A stretch of DNA of 64,000 nt, from the NCBI GenBank assembly GCA_051362555.1, contig CM120640.1, positions 41,022,788 through 41,086,787 on the forward strand. Reading direction: 5' to 3'. The notes under the pieces are model-generated. The model saw only the letters and a list, made by a program, of their open reading frames with translations, had not been told where the DNA came from and did no database searches. Source of the DNA: Lingula anatina (Eukaryota; Animalia; Brachiopoda). Of this stretch, positions 36,183-46,266 are shown one piece after another. A program made the translations under genes and the position numbers. The stretch's first letter is position 1. Each line of letters begins with the position of its first letter.

Positions 36183-36597
36183 CTTGGTGTCTCCTAATTT
36201 TTGTATCGTCCGTACCCCCCCCCCACAAGGGGGGCAGCAGCAAGGATCATGGTGAGACATTTTGCAAAAAATAATATATGCTACTCTTTGCATTCAAAAT
36301 GAACAATATTGCTTCCAATATATTGCCAAATATAGCTTATTGCAAAATAATAGATTGTATATGGATTAATATTCTATGGATTAATGTATATGATATATTT
36401 TGAGGGGGTACGAACACTACAATACATGCATAATTAACAGAGGTATATTTATAATACTCTCAGTGGATGAAGTATCAAACATGGATGACAATGAACAAAA
36501 GCCAAATAGGAAAAGAAAAGGGAAACCTGAAATTTTTACTGTCAGCAAAAATAATTTGAAAAAAAAAAAAAAAAAAAAACATAACATTTTTTTACTT

Positions 36598-36809
36598 CAG
36601 ATGTATGCATAAGAATGGTGGGCATCTATGGTACAACCCAGAGATGTGTGGAAGATTCATCACATGTTGTTACATCCTGCATAACTTTTGTCAAGATAAA
36701 AACGACCCACACCAAAGATCCTGATATAGATGCAAGTGTAAATGACGTGTTTGTTGGCCCAGTCCTTACCATTGGTCACAGGACAAGAGAAGAACTAATC
36801 AGGAATTAG
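36598..36809 (+). pseudogene. PIF/Harbinger (HARBI1-like) transposase C-terminal fragment
   Basis: After an AG acceptor: CMHKNGGHLWYNPEMCGRFITCCYILHNFC..GHRTREELIRN. Confidence 0.8.
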
Positions 36810-36997
36810 GGCCTCCACCACCAACACTGCAACTTCATTGAACATATGAACTCAGCCAGGTCAAGAGTACAAATGTACATAAAGTCAATAGAACTGACGT
36901 GAACTTTAAAGGAAAAATACACTGTCTTGGTATTCGAAAAAAACATGATAGAATAGTTGTGGTTAAAAAATTGGGCAAAAAATAAGATAAAGACTAT

Positions 36998-38960
36998 AGA
37001 GCGTTCCCGATACGTAATTAATGAGCCGCCACAATATTGGGGGACACACACACAAATCCAAGATGGCGGTAGTGCCGGTGGTGAAGTATAAGTGACTGCG
37101 GGTAAAAAACACAAAATTCACAAGTTTATCTGTTGGCAGCAAAGAAAATCAATTAATACCGTATTCTGAAGGACTCCAAGAGGCGGAGAAAGTATGGTAT
37201 GAAGAGAAGTTGGCTTATCTGAAAGGGCAAGACCCGTATGAAATAACAGAGTGAAGCTGCGATGTGGAATTACTACCTAGAGTTACTTACATAGACATAG
37301 TCAACTATCTTCTGTTCAAACCAAGCCCATACACACAAGACCAGTTAAAATGTTATAAGGGTTTGGATGCTTACAACCAGTTTGTGTTAGGATGGGTCCG
37401 GGATGTGGCGTCGGTAGAAATCAACGAAAAACGTGGAACAACAGTCAAGGTAAGAAAATTTAAGTTGTGAACAACATAACTGTATATCAAGTGTATTGAC
37501 TGATGGTCATTAGGACTTGTTTTTCTATTTCACGATCTTAATAGATGACAGCTCTATGATTAGGCACCGAAGCTAAGTTTGAATGCAGTGTTTTTATTAA
37601 AACCAGAGGTATTCGGTAAAATTGAAATGAAAATGTCTATCACAGTCTGCCAACTAATTCTCTTATCTAACACATGGGTGACATGCATGTGCATTATCCT
37701 TTTCTTTTCAATTTTTTTAAGAAAAAGGGTCCAATAGCACTGAATTTATTTCTACACACATGAGAATGCTTGCTTAAGCAAGTGTTTGTATAGCAGCTGA
37801 GAATGAGACTTCCTTCTTAGTTTTCAAACTAGATATTATCTTACATAGGAAACAGTTCTTAAGATTCTGGTTATTGGTGTCACTGACAACATATAAAATG
37901 GGTTAAGTAGCATTTGAGCAAAAGTGATGTCTTGTGAAAAACAGGTATCTCTCCAGGTAATGTAATTACAAGTAGTTACCTTTAAGTCAAATAGCAGTCA
38001 CCTTTTATCAGCTTGGTACATTTATACTAGTAGTAGCCTGTGACACCATTTGACAAAAGAGTATATAATTATGTGGTATCACAGTTTTGCACGTGCAGTG
38101 AACCTTGATCCATAAAATCAACCATGTTTATTAATTAATCCATTTTTCTTTTAGGTTTTGCACTCTCAGCACCTTAACGACAGTCCTCTGCGTCCATGGG
38201 TTTTAGCTGACCAGGAAGGTGAAGTAATTACAGGGCACTGCAACTGAATGGCAGGACTTGGTGAGACCTGTACCCATGTTGCAGCTCTCCTATTTTTGTG
38301 GAAGCTGCAGTTAAGATCAGAGATGCCAAAACTGTAACACAAGAGAAGGCATATTGGAAGTTACCAACACCTTTTTCAAGTGTCAAGTACAGTAAGCTTA
38401 AGGACCTTGATTTCACTTCTGCATCCTCCTTTAAAAAAAACTTTGACACTTCTTTATGCACAGACAGGCCAGTAACTCCACCAACCCCAAACCAAAACAG
38501 ATCCCAGCCGTCAACACTACCTCCCACACAAGAAAGATTGGACAGATTTTTCAATGCTCTCAGAAAGGTACCATCAAAGCCGGCTATTCTTGCCCATGTC
38601 CCAGAATATTGTTAAAATTATGTGCCCTTGTTATTAAAAGGAGATTTCCCTATAGTGCCGACAGAGTTGAAGGACAAGGAAACTTTTGGCTATGCATATA
38701 ATAATTTAAAGGGGAATACAAGTCTCTGGGGACCTAAATTCAATAAAATCCCCCCCCCCCCCTCTTCTCTCTAGATCTGCCCATCACGTTTTACCCACTG
38801 TAAGCGCACTGTAATTACCTCCCAAATTTAGGCTTACGCTTACAGTGGGTAAAACATGATGGGCAGATCTAGAGAGAAGAGGGGGGTCGGATTTTATTGA
38901 ATTTTGGTCCTCAGAGATTTGTATTCCGTTTTAATTTATCACTGTGAAGCATACTGACAG
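36998..38960 (+). mobile_element. Truncated ISL2EU-like DNA transposon end with SWIM-containing accessory ORF
   Basis: Possible terminus at|AGAGCGTT (36998), CAAGATGGCGG motif; YEEKL..DPY..LPRVTYIDIVNYL..SPYT..KGLDAYNQFVLGWV | intron 37450-38154 | VLHSQ..PWV..HCN*MAGLGETCTHVAALLF (SWIM)..TQEKAYW. Confidence 0.75.
38710..38930. mobile_element. Palindromic MITE with TTAA target duplication (Kolobok-type ends)
   Basis: ttaa|AGGGGAATAC..GTATTCCGTT|ttaa; ~100-bp near-perfect inverted arms; removing it restores ..YNNLIYHCE.. in the host ORF. Confidence 0.88.
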
Positions 38961-39029
38961 AGTTGGCGATATCATGTCTCGCAGGTGACAAACACGTTAT
39001 CCTGACAATGAAATTGACTTTCTGATGTC

Positions 39030-39320
39030 ATTACCTCAGTCGGCATAACGACATAGGCCAAATGCTCGTAGATGAAGCACAAAACAACTGGTGGGTGATA
39101 CAAGAACCGCAACTTAGGGACCCCAGGGGAACACCCTAATTCTGGATCTTATCTTAATCAAGGACTCAAAAGCAGTAGTGGTTGACCCTACTATTCGGGT
39201 CGAAGACCGTGACAAGCTAGAGAAGAGAAGGAAATATCTAGTATGTGCATGAGATAGAGCGTATCACTGGAACAACTGCCATTGAAGTGTATGGGCTTGC
39301 AATAGGAGCCAGTGGGGGGG
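39030..39320 (+). pseudogene. R2/NeSL-like non-LTR restriction-like endonuclease fragment
   Basis: SRHNDIGQML..WVIQEPQL../(shift)DLILIKDSKAVVVDPTIRVE..KRRKY..GLAIGA.G. Confidence 0.75.
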
Positions 39321-39954
39321 GGGGGGGGGGTGCGCCTCGAGCACCCAAGCCCTCGAGTCTCTAGATATATATGGAGCATGCACTTTGCACAGCATCTTGC
39401 TGTTTAGGCCATGCTCAGGACTTTAGATGTATTCTCACTCTATAGTGGGGATAGGTTTGCAGAGAGAGCCCTGGACTAAACAGACCGGACAGTCCCTACT
39501 CCAGTCATATTACAAGACACGTTTTCCATTCATTCTCTCGGTATTAGTGCAAAGGTCCGAAGACACAGACCCTCAGGTTGCCTGCATCGTTTTCTCCATC
39601 TATTTTTACAAGAGGGTCAGATTTGTGCGGAAAATTTAACAGTAATATCTACAATCTTGCTCTTATTTGTATTATTCACTTTCAATCAATATTCTCAATT
39701 TTTCAGTGTATGGCATGTACACTTTAAGAATGAAAGATGTCCAGATGAATCAGAGCATAAATAGTAAGATTCGTACCTCAAAAAGAGCAGCAAAGAATGT
39801 GCATATCTTGCAAACTTGCCCTAAATATGCAGGAAGGTTCTTGCAAAGTTGCCACAAATTTGCAGAAAAACCATTTATTAATGTTGTGTATTTTTACTTC
39901 TATTTTTTATCGTTTCTGAAGTAGACACCTGGTGAATGTCAGGAAGAGCAGGAG

Positions 39955-40170
39955 CCATCAAGCCAGTTATTGTGAAGCTATGCAACTCGGATGTAAAGTA
40001 GGAAATAATTATGAAAAAACATTAAATAAAGTCAGCTGTATAACACCATGATGATGTTAAAAAGCAAAACTTGATGCTCAAAAATAACTTTGACAAAGAT
40101 GAAGGTGCATAGTACTATAATTGTAATGCTTTTACACAATCAACAAATGGAGCTAATGGAGCTTTTTGTC
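39955..40170 (+). pseudogene. Degenerate LINE ORF1 (L1-type) fragment
   Basis: AIKPVIVKLCNSDVK*EIIMKK resembles the RPIIVKF..K..i motif; several stops. Confidence 0.4.
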
Positions 40171-41037
40171 AAAGGCAGAGATTAAACCTAGCAGAAGTAA
40201 GAACAGTCCCTTAAGGAGGAAGAGCTTTAAAATCAAAGTACGATTGTGTTTTGCTTTGTTTTCCTCAGTGTGACAGCATATTAAGCTACGCTAAGAAGAA
40301 CTGCCAAATACCCTTACATCAAGAGACAAAATGTCACCTAAAACCCAGAATACCAACAGAAAAATGTTCATTCCCCTTTGGTGATATTACAGTAGATGAG
40401 ATGCATTCTATATAAAACCAATTCAAAAATGATGATACAAATATACGGTAATAACTAGATCTTTTCAATGGGTGAAAATCGTGAATTTTACAGATTCTGT
40501 ATTTTTTAAGTCTTCTTTTAAAAAAAAGCAATCCCATTGAGTGGTGGCATCAAAATTGAAAAGAAGACTACCTAATAGTTCTATTCTATTCTATGCATTA
40601 AAAGCACCACAAATGCCATAAAAAATATAATTTTTATGGTTTTAAAATGACGTATCTGAAAGTTTGATATAATTTTTGCCCACTGAAAAGATCGAGTCAT
40701 TACTGTATACAACAGAAATCACAACTCTTACTTAGAGTTCGTGAGAGCATCCCCTCACTTTTGTAAATTTTTATACTTAATAAAGAAACTACTGCATTTA
40801 TAAGAGGGGGCTTGCCATTTAAAGGCGTCAATTTTTCAAAGTAAAAATGACATATCTTACAACTTTTTCCCTGATTCTCATCCATTCTATTGCACTCTTA
40901 TATATCAAGTGTTTAAATGACTTAGTACATTATCCATGCAATGTAATCTGCTAGTCTTGCCACCACAAGTTTCTTGCACTGTTTACCTTCACCCCATCCT
41001 ATCTTGTCTACTCCTGCCTCGCCCTCTGGTGTCACTG

Positions 41038-44000
41038 TCATGTTGCTTCTCCAATGGACTGCTTCATTTGACTATCCAGGTCTGCTAACCTGTCGTGGTT
41101 GTGATCAACAGACCAGTAGGTGGGGAGATATTTAGGTTTCATACAGTCTAGAAAATGTTGCCTCCATTGTCTTTCAAACTGCACCAGAGAGCTGTTCTGG
41201 ATCATATACTGTACTACCTGGAGTCCATGGGGTGTGAAGTCATCATTGGCTAGTCTGTATCAAAAACGCATTTGTATATACAAATAAATAGAAAGACAGA
41301 CTGCTTGGAAATGAAGTTTCTAAATGCATACATGCTGATACCCAATAAACTTGAACCATGCAGGTTCTTAAATTTTTACACTATTTCCTTGATGTCTTCA
41401 TTTTTTATTTCTTTGTATTTTCATCTTTTTATTTCAGTATCTAAGGTGACTGTGTCTGCTCCCAATTAAAAAGTGACAAGGACAACTTTACAAAAACCTA
41501 TTACCTGGTATCAAGTTCAACAGATTCTTTTAGTATTGTTTCATCCAAGTCATCTATACCATAGTAATCTTCTACTATTTTCTCCAATTCTATTCTTCTT
41601 GCAGCAGGAATTTTATCTCCATGTTCTAAAAGGGCTCTAAAAAGATGTACAGGTTTTTAACACAAGAGTTTAATTGCTCTTTCACTTTATGTTCAATCAA
41701 TTTTTCATTTTTAAAGTTATTCAAAAAATACAAATGTACAATATCTGATTCATTGAAATAGCAATGCACCAAACAATACAACTTTGTTATTTTTTACATA
41801 TTACCATAACCTTACCAAAGCCAGACTCACTTTCCAGCAGACCTGACCTTGGCCAAGGTTGGGTCTTGTCTGTACTTCACCCCTTTCTGAGATCCTGACG
41901 GGGCATCACACATCACTTCCAGTCTCTGTTTTAGTGAACTGTCATAAAGATTGCTTTGCTGATGACAATCTGTGCACATCAGTACTATGTCATGAGACAA
42001 GTGGTCCTTCATGATGGATGGGAAGTATCTGAAAGTAAAGAAGACTTGTTTCTATGTGGCATTGCTTACAATACAGTATCGACTTGCATAAAAGCAGCAA
42101 CAACAGTGGCTACAAAACTAAGAGATGAGAAAAACCAGTAGTTTCAAAGAATTTGCTTTTTGGTTCAGACTTCAGATTCCACTGTTAGCCTTTGCTAATT
42201 AATCCATACAAAAACACCTGTCAGTGCTCAAGGAGAGTAATATTTCAATAACAGATGCATATTAATGTGGCACATTATATGTCCTCAAAGTTGATCAATT
42301 TGAATAAATTGAGAAATAATACTTATGGCATGAATTCTTACTTGCGATACTCATGAGGAACAACATTTTTCCTTATATATGATTCTTCTTTGCCACAAAC
42401 AACACAGATATTGCTCTTTTCTTGAAGGTAATAGTTCCTACTGGATTCCGGTCGCCCACTGGGTTCAAAGTTTAACTTCACAGTGAAAGGATCATCGCAG
42501 ATCTTCACTGAAAACACAAAAAAGTATTAAGATGACAGAAGTTGATGAGAAGTCATCTTTGAAAACTCGTACCAAATGAAAAAGCTGGTGATGTTTTGGA
42601 ACGTGCTACTTCTAACCTAAGCATCATTTTTATATTTGTATGCAATTTAGAATACCTCCTAGTTCTTTGTCTATATACCACTGTGCCTTTTTTATGTCAA
42701 TTGTGCTTAGAAGCTGACCATCTGGAGCACGCAACTGACAGTTGTGGTACAGAGGGGTGGTCCTGGCAGAATAAGCATTTTTCACAGGCTTGGGAAGGTG
42801 TTTATTGACAGCAGCTGAACCAGGTTTCTAAAAGGGAATGAACACAATATTTGTGATTCACTGCGAAAATTGTTTGATATTATGTGTTCATGGCATTTGC
42901 CTTGGAAAAAATGTTCAGCAAAACAGAAAAGATAGGTTTAAGTGAATCTTATCTTATTTTATTCTTGAATCTGATCAGACAAAAACTTTTAATATTACAA
43001 ATAATAGTATTATGGAAAGCATTTTATCAGATGCACAGAAACATACTGAAGACTGAAATGATTGCACTTCTATAATACAGCAAAATTATTTAAGACAAAA
43101 CAAACTAGAAACTTAAAGGCAATTTTTGTTAGTTATTTTTTAACATTGTTTTATATGTGTTCCCTATTGTTAAGCTACCTGTGACTCTAAAATATTATTT
43201 CGCCCAGCAGAAAATTTGACATCCACCAGCCCTTGGCACATGGCTTGGATTTTCTTGAATAAATCATCATCTGACCACAAGTTACCCACAATTCCACTCC
43301 TAAACAGGCGTCTGCTCACAATTGCCATGAAAATATCTACTCCAACCAGAGCATCTGTGGCACCATAGTTAACCTAGGGCAATTCAGAATTAAAATATTC
43401 AGTAGCTGCATTTTGATAAAAAATTAATAATAACAGTTAAATGAGCTTTTATATTTTGAAGTTCACTGCAACACATTTTTAGACAAAAAACATTTAGACT
43501 CAGAATATATTGATAAATGAAACATATTCTAACACAAGAATTCGCAATAGCATTCCTTAAACCAGTAGCAAATATCAGTTATGAAACAATCAAAAGTTTG
43601 TAGGAACTGTGAAAAGTTGGATCTCACTTGCTCTGGTGTCAGTTGGTCAGCCTCCCAATTACTGCAGCGCAGAAAAATGCTCTTGTCCATATCAACATCA
43701 AGGTAGTCCTTGGCCATTTTCTTCAGACCAATATTTGGACTGAAATCACCATACACCACTTAGACTGGGTTCCCATCCCTAGATCGATTTAACAGGATCG
43801 GTCCATCTCCACTGGGTTTCTCACTAAATTGCTTTCAGCTTAAGTGGCTTAGATGTCTGGGACTCCTACAAAAGTTGCTTAATGATAGTTAATTACCCCC
43901 TATCAGCTTCAGGAGGCGTGACAGACATCTAAGCCACTAAAGTTAATTGCAATTAAGCGAGAATCCTCTTGGAGTTCGATCCAAAGTTGGTGCGATAGGG

Positions 44001-45885
44001 TCTGGGAATGGTCTCTTAAATAACTAATGCAGTGAGCATTCCTGAATGATGTTGATAATTAAACTTAATTCATATTGCTAAACAAAAAAGAACCATCTAA
44101 TCACTAAATTATCAACTGGGTAACCCTCACTGTCAAGATCACAGGAAATATTAACAAAGACAGCACAGTTACAATATGCATTAAATGCAATTATTGTATT
44201 ATTATTATTATATCAAACAACGATTTAAATGGTAATAAAATAGGGGAAGAAACTTACTTTATTCCTCGAACAAATCTTCTCAAAACATTTCTTAGATCCA
44301 CACTGCCTTTAACAGGAATATCATAATCTTGAGTAATTTTCTTTCCATCATTAAGTGGGTCCACACCAGTTTTCAAGATACTGAAACAATTAACACAAGT
44401 TCAGAATTACAATGAAAAATACATTACCTGGCTGCTGAAAGTGGGCAATTTTCAATAACAGACCTTTTAATAATAGAACAGATACATTTGGAAACATTGC
44501 CTTCAACTGTGACTTGAATCCAGACCACATATCAATTGTTTGGAAAAAATTTGATTCTTAAAAATGCTTGCAATATTTACAACAACAGGCACATTGTATG
44601 CCATTGTATACGCTTATTGTATACCTTTTGTCAGCTAATATTTTCTTCAGTCCTTCGGGAATCTCCTCTAGTTTACACAGTCTAACCAGTACACAAAGCC
44701 CAGTCACAGTAGCCAACTGCAGCAATGCTACAGGCCCATGGTAATCAGTTCTGCTCACCCACTCACAGTCAAATCCCAAAACCTGAATATGAAACATCCT
44801 TAATGTAAAAAAGACATTCAATAAAAATGGATCAGTAAAGCTGGGCAACCAGGACTTAATTTAGTTCAATCCAATGCATCATTGCATCTGGTTGCCTTTT
44901 GCACTGAAATTCATTAGAAAATCATTTCTAGCTTTTCCTCAAAACAAATTTTATTCAACTATTATACAACCAGTGCCTCTTCAGACCAATTCTGTGACAA
45001 AAGGATTGTGAGAGAAAGGGATGCATATAAGGTAAAATGAGGTCACATAAACAGCACCAATTCCCTAAAACAGATCAGCGTGTTCCTAAAATTACAACCA
45101 ATCAAAATAGAAACTTACTTTGGCAACTCTTAAATCTGCATTCAACAGGTCTTCAGCTCGATCCCATTCTGCAGAGTCGGACACGACAAGGGTTTTTGGT
45201 TTCCTTTCAAGAGATTTCCATAGCCAAACGCTTTGTGGAACTTTCTTCTTAACATATTGCCAAAGGGCATATAAGCCTGAAAGATATTAATTGTTTTGTT
45301 GGTATATAATTACCTGCTGCATTAAATATGAGAATCCTGGGCAAAGTGGTTTCATTCTCAGGCCCGTAGCCAGGGGGGGATTCGGGGGGGTCGAAAGAAC
45401 CGCCCCTTTTGCTGGGAAAAGGTCCACTCTGGGTAAAATTTGATCTAGGTACATGAAGTTTTTATGGGAAAGGGTCCACTTTTTCAGAAAAAGAACCCCC
45501 CTTTTGAAATTGCTGGCTACGGGCCAGATTCTGTGTTTTGTTGACTGGGTTGCCTTCCACATTCCACCCTCACCCAGATGACACTGTGTTTACATGTAAT
45601 ATGACCAAAATAAAGTAGACATTTCCTAAATAGCTTTGACAGTACTTTCACCAACTGTAATTAGGCTGGCATGGTGAGACAACTGTCACAAATAAATGGT
45701 AAGCATTAGTTTCACTGGTAGAGAGAGTATTAGTATTGAATAAAAGTTGCATTTACATGTAACAACCTGGAATTACCGTGTATTATGTATATGACCTAGT
45801 CTACAACTTATAAGTACTTTTCAGCGATGCACTTATTACCAGTGAATCCCAACAGCGCTGCAAAGAAAACGTGCTTTCGGCCCAT
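41038..45885 (-). CDS. EXD2: Exonuclease 3'-5' domain-containing protein 2, complete, 558 aa
   Basis: 11 phase-consistent exons: 45885-45840, 45276-45119, 44782-44625, 44380-44258, 43739-43628, 43373-43179, 42827-42656, 42507-42342, 42028-41831, 41636-41505, 41254-41038. N-terminal hydrophobic anchor, VLGFDCEW (ExoI), RCSNWEA..Q..YGATDA (ExoIII), PLYHNC..APDG, CVVCG..VVPHEYRK, HDIVLMCTDCH, WRQHFL..P..LP..WSVDH. Confidence 0.96.
43761..44017. mobile_element. Diverged palindromic MITE in an EXD2 intron
   Basis: Imperfect inverted arms (agtggcttagatgtctg / cagacatctaagccact); ends resemble the copies at 53120 and 55875. Confidence 0.6.
45359..45527. mobile_element. MITE in EXD2 intron 1
   Basis: TIRs CAGGCCCGTAGCCAG / CTGGCTACGGGCCAG, flanked by the direct repeat ATTCT. 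Confidence 0.8.
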
Positions 45886-46266
45886 TGTTTCCAGCTCGAA
45901 TAAAATCTTGAGAAAACACCTTTGAACATCGGGGTGCCGACACTCTGCCCGCGGAAAATGCAGAGAATCTCTGAGCAGCTCTCACATGTGCGCTTATCTA
46001 AAATATGGAACAAAAAAGTCAATATCCGAAAGGCATAATCTATGCAAGTTCATATTATCAAAAACATATGATAATTTCCATGTGCAAGTAAATTTAAATT
46101 TATTTTTATATTTGAAAAATGTTATTATCTCATATATTAGGGTGAATACATTTGTATTTTTGTTCCCTGTAATCTTGCTCTTATGCTGCACCACGTGTGT
46201 TGTTGAGACTCCAGACCTGTGAGAGCAGCGAGTGCATATATCTGTAGTCAAACAATATAGTTGAAA
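45886..46266. promoter_or_regulatory. Putative bidirectional promoter EXD2/MRPS26
   Basis: 381 bp between divergent ATGs; CpG-containing; CACGTG at 46192. Confidence 0.7.

Larger units (their letters stand above)
18240..40170 (-). other. Dense archive of co-oriented transposon coding fragments; candidate uni-strand piRNA cluster with predicted - strand (antisense) precursor
   Basis: About 20 fragments from unrelated superfamilies all read on +; none complete; no host gene in 22 kb. piRNA function is inferred. Confidence 0.6.

Noticed and set aside
18240-40170. One intact autonomous transposon or endogenous virus
   Set aside because: Pieces come from incompatible classes, are truncated and carry stops/frameshifts; no shared termini seen. 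A giant capturing Helitron is not fully excluded.
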